The notes under the pieces: generated by a model
Told to the model about the DNA's origin: nothing
Seen by the model: the letters and a program-made list of their open reading frames with translations, nothing else
The model's database searches: none
Shown here: in pieces, positions 24,501 through 37,656 of the stretch
How the letters are laid out: each line of letters starts with the position of its first letter
How positions within the stretch are numbered: position 1 is the first letter of the stretch
Translations under genes and position numbers: made by a program
Source: Octopus vulgaris
Taxonomy: Eukaryota
Assembly: GCA_951406725.2 (NCBI GenBank)
Contig: OX597817.1
Coordinates: forward strand, 27,652,001 to 27,716,000
Direction: 5' to 3'
Length of the DNA stretch: 64,000 nucleotides

Positions 24501-26721
24501 GTACATATACACACATAAATACATGCACACACAGACGTGTGTATGTACGTAATTGTCACCTGCAGCGAATGAAAAGGATTTGGAAGTAATTTATTTACAA
24601 AGCTCTTGACACAAATTAATGTCCTACATGTTTTGTAGTTAAAAGGACTTCAGGCACACATTCCCGTATCATTGTTTATTTCCCAATGAAATATTCTCCA
24701 TCTATTGATAGCTTCAAGGGAAAGACTTTTATAACTCTCAAATAAATTTGGTTTTACACCAGATAGAGGATAATACGTAACTAATCGAATGAAAAAGAGT
24801 GTCAATGAAAATCATTCAGAGAAATTATAGCTTTCTCTTTGATGCTACATAGCAATATTTGTTATAAACTACTCAACATATAAGAGAGCAAAAAATTGAT
24901 TCGCTGAAAACAAATATGAATATCATTGAACATTTTGTTGGAGTAAATATGTTGTATTTCCGTTCTATGTATTAATAGCTTTATATCATGGACCAGTTTA
25001 TATTATAGTCGATATTTCACAGTTGTTGTTTCGCTTTTTAGTGCTTTTGTTCATTTATTTGCTGGTCACATTCTAAATACTTATGATTGCTGTTACAGCG
25101 TATTGTAAATGTCTATTGCTTGCTACGACAAGTAGAAAGAAATGAATATCGATTCGAAACATATTTTCGCATATATTTTGCATCGAAAGAATGTCATACG
25201 AATTTGACGAGGCTGATTACAGATAGATTATTTTGGAGTTTTATCTAAGGAAATGATAAATCTGTTAATCTGAATTTATTCGATTCTTGCTTATTGATTA
25301 AAATTCATTCTGAAATCTCGTTTTATTTTGATGGATGATTCTATATATAAAATGATTTCTGAAATGATACTTTATCGAAGGTCAATTAATTCAAATGCTT
25401 CCACTCTTTTAGCTTGACTTTTACTGGTTTAACTCATCCGGATGCGATCATGCTTGAACAAAACTTCAAAATTTTAGTCATTCATATCATCAAACAAATA
25501 ACTTATTTTAGATATAATTTGATTCGACAAACGGTCAAAAACATTGGTTACATTTATCCCAGTGTAAACGTAAACATAGACACACAGGCTTACACCATGT
25601 ATGTTTATGTGAGTGCGTGCACGCGTGTGTATGTGTGTGAAAATATATGCACGTATAGTTCTCATTTGATTATCCGTCCGTGTATTTTCTTATTAGTTAT
25701 TCTCGTACTTGCTATGCCAGTCACTTACATACAGAACATTAAGTAACACTTAATCAATGCCTCTGTTTATTGTCATTGTCATTATTGGACAATGAGGCAA
25801 CGACAATTAGATCTTTTATCTTTATTTTGTTTAGTGTTGGGATTAATATATCTTTCGTAATCGAGAGTGCTTATTGATGAATATGAACAGATTAGCTGTC
25901 ATATACCTAGAAGAACAGTAATCACGTTAAATGAATAAAGACTATTGTATCAACGCTACAATAGGCTATCATAGGTGCCCTATCTCCTCAAACTTTGTAA
26001 AGATAATGGGGATTCAACTTATATCAGCTAAAGCAAAGGCAAAATGCTAAGTTATAGGCTAACCATTATCTTCAGGCATAGGAAACAGATAGACAGTATA
26101 CTTTGGAGAAATGTTTTAGAAGCGAAAACACATATGTCAACTCTGTGATCGATACATATACACAAATTCACCCGAGCCTGAAAGTATCACCAGGAAATTC
26201 CCTCCACATGGGAAGGCAAGGAAACAATACTACATTCTGAAACTGTTACAATATTCCAAATTAAATAATCCAATGCTGAACATAACTTGACGTTTTCTAA
26301 ATGGTTATTATATGATTATCAGTACTGGAAAACACCTTTTCCATATGAAATATTAAAAGTTTCTTGTTTTCGTAAAATTTATAGATGAATCGGTAATAGT
26401 TTCTGGAATGTATTACGTGCGAATGTAATCCTCCCATCTATGACAGGAGGATTACAGTGTAGTTCCCATGTAAAGAGGAACAATGATTTAAGCTGCTTAA
26501 AACTTATGAGATAGCAGTAATAGCTAATGAATAAAGCATCACCACACATAACATTTTCCGAAATAAAATAACTTTACAGAATTTTACCGATAAATACAAG
26601 GAAACTTAAAAATTAACAGCGAAAAATATCATGAAATTTTATTGCAAACGATAACAGCTCTTGGAAAACGCATCACTTTGAAACCTCCTCACATTATCCT
26701 TAAATACAACACACACACGTA

Positions 26722-26838
<117 letters not shown>

Positions 26839-26985
26839 ATACATATATAATTATAACTCTCTATCTCTTTCTCTCTCTTGTTATGTATTGTAATCCATCC
26901 ATTAAAGTTTGTCAAGTAATTCATTATGATTAGTAATCTTGGAATCAAAATAGTCTTTACCTCTAAAATATCACTCTGAATTGTT

Positions 26986-27023
<38 letters not shown>

Positions 27024-27044
27024 GGCGTGTGTGTGTATGTGGAA

Positions 27045-27300
27045 GACAGGCTTAGTGGTAAGGGCAATCGACTTACGCGTTGTGTTCTTGAGCAAAAAAA
27101 TTTTGTTTAGCCTTGCTCCAGTCCACTCAGCTGGCAAACATGAGTTGTATATAATGCAAAGGGCCAGCCTTGTCACATTATATGTCACGTTGAATTTCCC
27201 TGAGAGCTATGTTAAAAGTACGTGTGTCTTTGGAGTGCTGAGCCACTAGGACTGTAATTTCACAAACAGGTTGTTCCGCTGATCAGTTTAATTGGAACCG
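27045..27300 (+). mobile_element. Old tRNA-derived SINE sharing a central domain with SINE-B tail type 2
   Basis: ggcttagtggtaaggg A-box; ttgtgttcttgagcaa; acgtgtgtctttggagtgctgagccact similar to 12484 and 58130. Confidence 0.6.
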
Positions 27301-27319
27301 ACGAATCTGTATGTGTGTA

Positions 27320-27359
<40 letters not shown>

Positions 27360-28107
27360 TGTGCGTGTGTGTGTTTGGGCGTGTGTGTGTTTGTGCGTGT
27401 GAGTGTGTATATATATATATATATATATATATTAGCTATTAGCATCAGAACCAGCCTTTCTAACGAATATTTACAAGGATTGTATATGTGAGCGTGCGTT
27501 TGTGCTTCCTTTGTGTGTACGTTTACCGATGTGTACAAACAGATCATGTGTATAGAAACCAATGCAGGACTATGCATTTTAGCAAAACGTTAAGGTATTT
27601 CTATTCCAATATGATATGCGTCACAATTTAAATGAAAAGAAAATGTAAGGAAACACGTTGAAGCGCATTGTGCTCAAATAAGTTTAGATTATAAAATCAT
27701 TCACTGTCGAATTTAATTTATTTAACCTATTCATTTAAAATAAGGTTCTAACACGAATGTGACAAACTCATCAATATATCTGAATGTAACCTGTTTAAAC
27801 AATTTCAGTTATTTGACTAATATAACCAAAGAGGTAGAGATGCGTGAATTCATCGTATTTTGTAGTTTTATAGATGGACAGACGCACGAAAGTTTAAACT
27901 AATAGATATGTGAGAAATTGTGTCTTTTGTTTAGACACGCAGCACCTGTAGGAAAGGATAAACACCTTGAACAATAGCAACATTCCAGTCTAAATTGTGG
28001 AAATACTCAACAAGAAATTCGTGATTGCAAACTGTTACACCTTTAAATTGGTTTTAATTATTTCATTACTAATCTGTTACATATTTGATATTAAATTATT
28101 GCAGTCA

Positions 28108-28503
28108 TCTTTATATATAAAAGTGAAGTTGTGTGTCTGTCTCCTACGATTTATATTCCTAACTACTCCCACATTTTGCGGTGCAGTGTAACCAAAAGCG
28201 GGTATCTTATAGTCGTGATTCATATCGAGCCCTTCTGGGTATTAGCGCGCGTGTGCGATGAGTCTACGATTAAAAATAAAATTTATCATCATTTTTACTC
28301 ATTTTTAATGCATTTTCTGCTATTATATAAGGGAAATAACTCTCTAAACATGTATTATTAAATCTCAGAACGTAAAAAGCTACAGTAACCCCCCCCCCTT
28401 TGTGGTTAGCCATATTCAGATGGCTATTATACTTTACATCTCTAAAAATGCTTATATAGTTACTTCCCTTACAAACCCGAGTAACGCCGGGCGATACTGC
28501 TAG
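28108..28503 (+). mobile_element. Complete non-autonomous Helitron (396 bp)
   Basis: A|TCTTTATATATAAAAG 5' end; subterminal hairpin cccg-agtaacgc-cggg; CTAG|T 3' end; inserted between A and T with no TSD. Confidence 0.85.
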
Positions 28504-28580
28504 TTGTAAATAATTCACTTTCCAATGGGAGTAACAGGTTAAAGAACTGTAATTAAGATATAATTTAAACCAAAAATATA

Positions 28581-28614
28581 TTTAACGTTTCGAGCATACG
28601 CTCTTCCACAGAAA
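28581..28614 (-). ncRNA. Minimal hammerhead motif (A6U core, extra A) in a Penelope-like terminal fragment
   Basis: UUU-CUGUGGA-A-GAGC guau GCUC-GAAA-CG-UU-AAA. Confidence 0.6.
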
Positions 28615-28958
28615 GAAACACAGAAAGAAACAAGAAGAGACAATAAAGAATGTGTAGTGGCTAGCGATCCATCATGGCGAATGCAGGACAGAGGAGTCAC
28701 ACAGGAAAGCTATGAAGAAGGGGAGATAATAAAGTAGTGGTGATACCAAAATGAAGGTGCGCGTACGTGTGTATTAGAGAGCATGTATGTGTGTGTGGAA
28801 GAGGGCTGGTGTGCGTGTGTGCATATGTAGGTGTGTGAATGATGGTGTGGGCTGGGAAGTGGTAGTTCTTGTGTGTGCGTGGTGGTGTGATATGATGTGG
28901 TGTTGTATGGTATGGTGGTGTATGATGTGGTGTTCTGCAAATTATATTTTGCTATGAC

Positions 28959-29027
28959 GATCACACTGATGAATTGCGGACATTTAAGTATTACGTAAGT
29001 GGTAACAATGAAACTGGGCTTGCGATT
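28959..29027 (+). ncRNA. Degenerate type I hammerhead motif
   Basis: gatcaca ctgatga attg...caat gaaa ctggg ct tgcgatt; U16.1 appears mutated. Confidence 0.55.
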
Positions 29028-29132
29028 AATCTTTATATTGGGTTGTGTCTGTGGAGAGTCATTTTCTTTTTGCGCCTTATAATTTAACACACTCACTGGT
29101 AAAATTTTCACTTATTTCTTAATTTTATTTTC

Positions 29133-29169
29133 CTAAAATTTTTGTTGCGTATTGCAACCTATTCAATAG
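29133..29169 (-). ncRNA. Degenerate minimal hammerhead (U3-type core)
   Basis: CUA-UUGAAUA-G-GUUGC aauac GCAAC-aAAA-AU-UU-UAG; G12 replaced by A at a CpG. Confidence 0.45.
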
Positions 29170-29345
29170 TCTTGACTCTCTTGACTTTATATTTTGTATC
29201 TTTTCATTTGTCTTGCCCGCCAACGTTCTGGAGTTTGCTGAATTTTCTTGAGAACAATCGTTTCTTAGTGGTCAGACCATATGGGGTCTACCTCTAGCAT
29301 AATGATTGTCCACTTAGCAGTCATCCCGCTTATATGTATGTATAC

Positions 29346-29391
<46 letters not shown>

Positions 29392-30265
29392 ATATGCATA
29401 TATGCATGTATGTATATACGTATGTGTGTATGTATGTAGGTACACACACATATATATAGGCAATTATTTAACAAACGATGAAGTCAAAATGAATCTTTCG
29501 CCTTTACGTCAATAAATTTCTCATCATATGCATGGATGTTTTTAGTGTACTGTGAAACAAGGTAATTTCAATGATGAAGAATGGATGCGACATAGGTGTG
29601 AATATCTTTGATATTTTGATAAAAGAAAATACCATTCGAATACGTAAATGGAAATATGAGACGCAAATTTTATCCAGTCCATGAATTGGAATGAGTAATG
29701 AAGCTACAACATAAATTGATTGAAATCACAACGCTACTGTTTAACATTACGATCAACTGAATTCGATTGTTTTCAAGCAGTGCCTGGTATATTAAATGAT
29801 TAGTTAGAAAAAAAAGGCGTATTATCGTTCGCTTACTTTAGACCTATTATTTTAAGACGAAACTGGTGTCAGATCCATTTAAAACTTTAGTAACTCGAAG
29901 AAGGGGTACTTCAATTATCACCGTATTTCAAATGAAGTAGTTTCAAGAGTCAGTTTAAGTAATTAAAATTTAAATCATTACAGATTGTATGAGGAAAAAA
30001 TATATCCGTAAACTTTTAAGCAATTAGCATTTAAATTATTGCAGACTTTTGGAAGAGAAAATGATTTCGAGAATCATTGAAAATAATTCACGACATATTA
30101 CTGTAAACTGTAATTCTGATATTTAGCATATTTTTGCCAAGTAATGCATTTTAGAGATTGAAAATTAGCCGACGTATTAAATCCTTAGGATTTCATAAGT
30201 CACGAATGTTCAATACATACATACATACATACATACATACATACATACATACATACATACATACA

Positions 30266-30297
<32 letters not shown>

Positions 30298-30317
30298 CAC
30301 ATACACATGCGTACATA

Positions 30318-30600
30318 GGCTGAACTATTGAGAAATCTGAAGTTACTCTATTCAGATTACAAGTTCAGCTTTATACCTGTAGTTATTGGAGCACAGGAAT
30401 ATATAACACACTGCTTAAATACCAACCGTGAGAAATTAGGTTTTTCAAAACCGGAAAGGAGAAAGCTGATTCGAAGACTACATATCCAGTCTATCGCTGG
30501 AGCTATATAATTCTGTAAAACTTTCCAGAAGTATTTATGAGCATGTCTAGATAAGCAAGTATATACATGAGAAAACAAACCACACGAATCTGTACGTATA
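30318..30600 (+). mobile_element. R4/Dong-like LINE 3' fragment in (CATA)n
   Basis: LRNLKLLYSDYKFSFIPVVIGA..Y is the C-terminus of a restriction-like endonuclease; same family as 37657. Confidence 0.8.
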
Positions 30601-30669
30601 CATACATACATACATACATACATACATACATACATACATACATACATACATTCATACACACATACATAG

Positions 30670-32383
30670 CTAGGAATTTCCACAGAAACAGTGATGTTGA
30701 CAGGCACTACCTAAGAAGAAACGAAGGTGCTGGAGGTTTAAGATCAGTGCGGATGGCCTTTGAATGTCGTATGGTATCACTAAGGCAGTACCTGCTAAAC
30801 TACAGTAGCAAAAAATAGTAATGCAGTCCTGAAAATTGAAGTAAGTAACATTGTACGAGTTGGCACTGAACTCCTGGAGAAACACTCTCTTCCTGATGAT
30901 CGCCTATACAGCCCCAAAACAGTTGGGCTCCCTTGCCTCAGAGAAAATCTGGATGGAAAGCACTCAGCATACAAAAAAGGACTATGCATAGATATGTTGC
31001 CCGGAAGCTTGAAGAAGACAGTAGAATTGACACGTGCGGATTCTCTTGGATACAAGACCATTATATCACATCACACTTTGAAGGCTATGCGTTTGCAATC
31101 CAGGATCAGGAGAATGCCACAAAATACCTGGTGAACAAGAGAGAGAGAGTGACGCTCTTGTAATGCCAAGGTGCAATCGCAGATGTAGGCTGTGTCATGT
31201 TTCTGCGGAAGACATTACGCATGTGTTTAGCAGCTGTTCCGAAATGTTGTCACAGTACTGCCTCCCTATGCAGCACGATGTTGATGCTAAAACAATTTAC
31301 AATATCATCCGCAAAAAAGACTGTCCAGAAATAAACTTAGAAAATCCTTCTGTTATGGAATACATTCATAAATACCAACTCAAAGAAAACTGCTGGAATA
31401 TTCCCATCAAAACGTCTGTCAAGCATTACAGGTTGGATATTGTTGTTTGAGACAGAAAAGCAAAGGTATGTACCATCATAGAGGTTAGACTCCCTGCAGA
31501 TATAGATGTCTCTTTGAAAATCAAAGAAAATGAGGATATTTATAGACAGCTACTTCGAAACCTCCAGATTCTATATCCATACTGCGCAGGTGTGGCTGTG
31601 TGGTAAGTAGCTTGTTTACCAAACACATGGTTCCGGGTTCAGTTCCACTGCATGGCACCTTGGGCGAGTGTCTTCTACTATAGCCTCGGGCCGACCAAAG
31701 CCTTGTGAGTGGATTTGGTAGACGGAAACTGAAAGAAGTCCGCCGTATATATGTATATATATATATATGTATGTGTGTGTGTTTGTGTGTCTGTGTTTGT
31801 CCCCCTAGCATTGCTTGACAACCGATGCTGGTGTGTTTATGTCCCCGTCACTTAGCGGTTCGGCAAAAAGAGACCGATAGAATAAATACTGGGCTTACAA
31901 AGAATAAGTCCCGGGGTCGAGTTGCTCGATTAAAAGTGGTGCTCCAGTATGGCTGCAGTCAAATAACTGAAACACGTAAAAGAGTAAAAGAGTATACCAA
32001 TAATAATTGGAGCACTATATTCTGTTAGTAAATGCTTAAAGGAGAATCTGGATAAACTGGGATTTTCAGAAAGAGAAATTGACCGGTTGATTCATATATT
32101 ACAATACAATCTGTGAGCGGAACAGTAGAAACATGCAACTCTTCTCAAGTTCTAAATGTGAATTTGTCTGTGTTAACTACATCCCAAAGATGGAGCATTG
32201 TATCTTTGTTGGAAACCGATTCCCTCTTCAGTGGAAGATTTATGATAATCAAAAAATAGAAGAGACATACATACAAAAATATACTGTTGTTGATATTGAA
32301 ATTCCAATGAAGGAGCCTCGGATCTAGGTTAGAAAATGGCACTTTCTCCATTGGTAAGAGATCTTGAAATAAAACTGAATAAC
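30670..32383 (+). mobile_element. 5'-truncated R4/Dong-like non-LTR retrotransposon interrupted by a SINE
   Basis: FHRNSDVDRHYLRRNEGAGGL; EGYAFAIQDQE; CRLC..EDITHVFSSC zinc knuckle; MQHD; RLDIVV; tail gaaataaaactgaataa; (CATA)n at both ends. Confidence 0.88.
31584..31992 (+). mobile_element. SINE family A inserted in the R4/Dong element
   Basis: Full-length match; splits LQILYP from PIIIGAL. Confidence 0.9.
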
Positions 32384-32479
32384 GCCATAAATACATACAT
32401 ATGTATACATGTATACATACACACACATACCCACACACGCACACACACTCACGCACATACACACACACACATATATATA

Positions 32480-33656
32480 GAAAGTATGGGGTGTTAGTTT
32501 ACAGGTGATCTAAACGATTAGGTACGCTAGGTAAGTGCTTAACCTAATAAATCCCCTCTCTAACTCTAGTTCCCACTCATAAATAATTTGACATTCAACT
32601 AGCCCTTCCATTCTCAACTACCTACATACCCAAAACCCCATTACTAAAATATAACTCTACACCCACTGACCTTAACCAGAACGGTCACAAGTAGTCATTC
32701 CTAGATTCCCTCTCCAGCAACTTTAGACTTTAAGACTACTACTCTCTCTAAATTCCTTCATTTTGCTCTATTTCTTTTAACCTATCTTCCTCTACCTCCT
32801 AATCCTCTTTCTTATTTTATCGGCTACTCCGCACACAATTCTTAGACACCGTACACCTATGCACCTTACATTATCCTATAGAAAATCCTTAACCCCTCAC
32901 TCTATCTACCTCTCTTTCTATTTCTTTTCTTTTCTTTCCTTTTTCCACTTAATATCCACCTCTGCTACTATTCTGTCATTGAATGTTGATATGTTCGCGT
33001 CTTTCTTGTCTGGATATCTACTACACCAGGATTTTAACCCACATGGATCTACGCAGGATTGCACCTTAGTATTTATGCTCATGGATCTACACAGAATTGC
33101 ACCTAAGAATTTATGCTCATGGACGTTCGCAGGGTTGCCCATAATGACTCATGCTCCTGTTTCTATAACTTCGGAAAGTTGAACTATGAACATTTATGCT
33201 TCTTTATTCTTCTCTCTTTCCATCTCCTTATTCTTTTATGCCCTTCCTCTATGTTGTGATCTTATTGATATAAATCATTCATTCTCAGTTTCCCAATTTT
33301 CCCTATTTTTTCCTGATGATGGAATATAGCATACTCGGGGATATCCCAGAAACAGCTGTAAGAATTTGAATTTTTCCCAATAACAATATTGTATACGACT
33401 TGAGCTGCTTGCTTTCCCTTAATGTTTGTTGTCGTCTTTAGAGTAAACAAGAGAGACAGAGTCTGGTAGAAACATGGAAAATATCCTTTGTATTTGACTA
33501 CTATGTAAATATGTTTTTAAACAAAATTTTCATTTAATTTTTCCAAAATGTAATTGTTTTCCATACTTAGAGTTGAAAAAGTCTCAATGTCTGAAACCGG
33601 TACTAAAATGTTTTTTATGATAAAATTGTTTTAGTATTTTCTACCTTGACATGATT

Positions 33657-33660
<4 letters not shown>
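32480..33660 (+). mobile_element. Penelope-like 3' region ending in (TA)n
   Basis: Pyrimidine-rich segment between TA-rich tracts with a hammerhead-like motif ~60 bp from its end; boundaries approximate. Confidence 0.5.
33567..33606 (+). ncRNA. Minimal hammerhead motif with U3-A8 covariant core
   Basis: ttag(ag) TTGAAAA agtc tcaat gtct GAAA ccgg TA ctaa. Confidence 0.55.
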
Positions 33661-33711
<51 letters not shown>

Positions 33712-33714
<3 letters not shown>

Positions 33715-34103
33715 TCTTTACTCTTTTACTTGTTTCAGTCAATTGACTGCGGCCATTTTGGAGCACCGCCTTTAGTCGAGCAAATCAACCCGAGGACTTA
33801 TACTTTGTAAGCCTAGTGCTTATTCTATCGGTCTCTTTTGCCAAACCGCTAAGTTACGGGGACGTAAACACACCAGCATCGGTTGTCAAGCGATGTTGGG
33901 GGTTCAAACACAGACACATAAACGTATACGCATGCACATATATATATACATATATACGACGGACTTTTTTCAGTTTTCGTCTACCAAATCACTCTCAAGG
34001 CTGTGGTTGGCCCGAGGCTATAGTTGAAGACACTCGCCCAAGGTGCCACGCAGTGGGACTGAATCCGGATCCATGTGGTTGATAAGTAAGCTACTTAACA
34101 CAC
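33712..34103 (-). mobile_element. SINE family A
   Basis: Reverse-complement match to the family. Confidence 0.88.
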
Positions 34104-34215
34104 GTATGTATATATGTATGTATGTATGTATGTATATATACCCTTCTCTCTTACTCTTTCTCCCTATATGTATGTGTGTGCTTGTATACAAGTATATATT
34201 TGTGTGTTTTTGTGC

Positions 34216-34262
<47 letters not shown>

Positions 34263-34267
<5 letters not shown>

Positions 34268-34405
34268 GTACTGAAAATCGAGATCGAGCGAGCTTTTGCT
34301 CTTTTGCTCGACGTGTGGTTTCCGTCCACGCTGAGCTCGCCTTGGGACACCTGTGTTACCGTTTGACAGACGTATCGCCCCAGTCAAACTCCCCGACCGA
34401 CACTG
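34263..34405 (-). rRNA. 28S rRNA pseudogene fragment (domain V, P-loop region)
   Basis: Reverse complement contains ggggagtttgactggggcg and ggcgagctcagc...gagcaaaagctcgctcgatc...gattttcagtacgaata, conserved LSU rRNA sequence. Confidence 0.92.
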
Positions 34406-35094
34406 GAAACAATCGTTGTAAAACATGAATAATATGTAGGGATTTAATGGATTTATGAACGGTATTGCAATAAGATATTGAACATGTGTGTTTAAGTGGA
34501 AGAAATAACGAATGAGAGGTTTATGAAAAGATTAAACGTTTAATTTACTTCCTTATTTATAGCCAGAACAGTATTAACCTAGTATCAATGAAGTGCGCCA
34601 AATGTAAAAGGAAAACTCCAGAAAAATATTTAAAAATATATTGATCGTCACGAGTAAAATGAAAGAAAACAATTGATCCTTAAAAGAAACAGTGGGCTGT
34701 TTTCGAGCAGTAGAACGCTTGATTACGTAATACATTAGTAGTCAACTAGTAAGCCTTTTTTTTTACTTTTTTTATATTTTTCCATAATATGATTTATGTG
34801 AGTCAGAAAAATCCATATCTGTATACCTCTATTATATTTTATCGTTTTTAGCCAGTTCAATGATAGCATTTCCTTTCGATAATAAACTGATTCCATTAAC
34901 TGGTGTCAAGTCAATCAATATAGAGTGAATTGTTTTCAAAATAGCTTCCAGTCTTGATACTGAGATGAAAGACTCTTGGCTAGCAATTATTAAAGACTTC
35001 CTTCCAACAGAGAATTTCTCCAGATTAACTGAAAGGAAAGAATAAGAGAAACGGGAAAGTGAAGAAAACTAACATAGATAAAAGAACAAACCTT

Positions 35095-35123
35095 ACTACC
35101 AAAACTACTACTACTACTAGTAT

Positions 35124-35182
<59 letters not shown>

Positions 35183-35434
35183 TAGCTACAACAACTATTA
35201 ATATTACTGCTGTTACTCCTATTACGATTACTAAGCATACGATTACTAATACTATTACGATTACTAAGAAGGAGGGGGAAAGGGGAAAAAGAAGAAGGAG
35301 GAGGAGAAGAAGAAAAAGAAGAAGAAGAAGAAGAAGAAAAAGAAGAAGAAAAAGAAGAAGAAGAAAGAGGAGGAGGAGGAGGAGGAGGAGTGAAGAAAAA
35401 AAGAGGTAGCAGGAGGAGTGAAGAAGAAGAAGAA

Positions 35435-35467
<33 letters not shown>

Positions 35468-35520
35468 TGATGATGATGATGAAAGGAGGAGGAGGAGGAG
35501 GAGGAAGGAAGGAAGGAATA
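35095..35520. repeat. Compound trinucleotide microsatellite (ACT)n/(GAA)n/(GAG)n/(GAT)n
   Basis: Read directly. Confidence 0.9.
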
Positions 35521-35879
35521 ATGAAAAGAGAAACAAGTTATTTGTACAATAATGACGATGGTAATGGAGGTAACGATGAAGATAGACATGATAACCAGGA
35601 AGAAATAGAAATGGTAAATGGATGCACAGGGTTAAAAATGAAATAAAGAAACCGAAATGAAGAAAAGAAAATTAGAACTGATTGAAATATAAAAAAACAA
35701 ATAGATAAGCTAAATGAGAACAGCGAGAGAAAGAAGCAAGAAGTGCTACACGAATACAATGATGGACACACGGAAAAAAGAACAAGGGAAAATATATTAC
35801 GTTTGTGCGTGTTGTATGTTTCATATTTAGTACATGAACCATACATGATGCAAATCTATATTGTGTATATATGTATATT

Positions 35880-35917
<38 letters not shown>

Positions 35918-35921
<4 letters not shown>

Positions 35922-36227
35922 CGTGATCACCGTGACCGACCAGTCTATCAGATGTTGCTACACATCGCTGGTCACAATGCACTTCGCATTGTTTTAGCCT
36001 TCAAATGACGCCACCCCGCTGGCTAAGCGAGCAGGCCAACAGAAGAAAGAGAGAGAGAAACTTGTGGCGAAAGAGTACAGCAGGGATCGCCAACCCACTC
36101 CCTGCCGGAGCCTCGTGGAGCTTTAGGTGTTTTCGCTCAATAAACACTCACACACCCGATCTGGGAATCGAAACCGCGATCCTACGACCGCGAGTCCGCT
36201 GCCCTAACCACTGGGCCATTGCGCCTC

Positions 36228-36228
<1 letters not shown>
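35918..36228 (-). mobile_element. SINE family B, full length, tail type 1
   Basis: ccactgggccattgcgcctcc head; tail tcaccgtgaccgacc. Confidence 0.9.
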
Positions 36229-36270
<42 letters not shown>

Positions 36271-36273
<3 letters not shown>

Positions 36274-36443
36274 ACAACGTGGCCACTTGGGCAAGTGTCT
36301 TCTACAATAGCCTCAGGCCGGCCAAAGCCGTGTGGGTGGACTTGGTAGACGGATACTGAAAGAAGCCCGTCGTACATATGTATATGTATAAATATATATA
36401 TATGTGTGTGTGTGTGTGTGGTGTGTGTGTGTGTGTGTGTGTG

Positions 36444-36474
<31 letters not shown>

Positions 36475-36730
36475 TGTGTATAAATGTATGTAGATATGTG
36501 TATGTATATATGTCTATATATATTTATATATGCTTGTGTGTATGTATGTATTTGTTTGTCTGTGTTTGTCCCTCCAGAATCGCCTGACAACCGATTTTGG
36601 CGCGTTTAGGTCCCCGTAACTTAGCGGTTCGGCAATAGAGACCAATAGAATAAGTACTACGCTTACAAAGAATAAGTTCTGGGGTCGATTTGTTCGACAA
36701 AATGACTGAAACAAGTAAAAGAATAAAAGA
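36271..36730 (+). mobile_element. SINE family A, 5'-truncated
   Basis: cttgggcaagtgtcttctac...gactgaaacaagtaaaagaataaaaga. Confidence 0.85.
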
Positions 36731-37108
36731 ACGTGTGTGTGTTTGTGTGTGTTTGTGCGTGTGTGTACATAACTACAAAAATACTGATGTGCGTGAGTTT
36801 GTAAAAAGAATAATTGACACAAAATGATAGAAACAGATTTAGAGAATAATGTATAATAATGTGGTATCTATTGCTATTATAGAAATAGTATGAATTCGTC
36901 TGACTATTAACCTAATCTTTTGTATTTTAATCAACACTATCACCTTCAGATGGTATGTTTCTGCGGAATGAAAAGCCTAACTGACACAGCATGCAAAGGT
37001 GAAATGAAGGCCTACTGGACACTTACGAAATTTTAATAGTCAGACAGTCAGCTGTGAAGGAGAGAATCAGAAATGAAAATGGAAAAGAGATGAGAGAAAA
37101 ACATAAGT

Positions 37109-37287
37109 GGAGTGGCTGTGTGGTGGGTGGCTTGCTTACCAACCACATGGTTCCGTGTTCAGTCCCTCTGCGTGGCACTTTGGGCAAGTGTCTTCTACTT
37201 ACTATAGCCTCGGGCCGACCAAAGCCTTGTGAGTGGATTTGGTAGACGGAAACTGAAAGAAGCCCGTCGTATATATATGTATATGTC

Positions 37288-37331
<44 letters not shown>

Positions 37332-37539
37332 TGTGTATGTTTGTGTGTCTTGTTTATCCCCCCCAACATCGCTTGTCAACCGATGCTGGTGTGTTTACGT
37401 CCCCGTAACTTAGCGGTTCGGCAAAAGAAACCGATATAATACTAGGCTTACAAGTCCTGGGGACGATTTGCCCGACTAATAGCGGTGCTCCAGCATGGCC
37501 ACTGTCAAATGACTGAAACAAGTAAAAGAGTAAAAGAGT
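37109..37539 (+). mobile_element. SINE family A
   Basis: Near-full-length match. Confidence 0.9.
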
Positions 37540-37656
37540 ATACGTTCACACATACATACATACATATATACATACATACATACATACATACATACATACA
37601 TACATACATACATACATACATACATACATACATACATACATACATACATACATACA

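Noticed and set aside
25870-26340. Possible second Penelope RT relic
   Set aside because: Motifs are too decayed to support by eye.
34990-35589. Long Ser/Thr/Arg-rich ORFs
   Set aside because: Translations of trinucleotide repeats.
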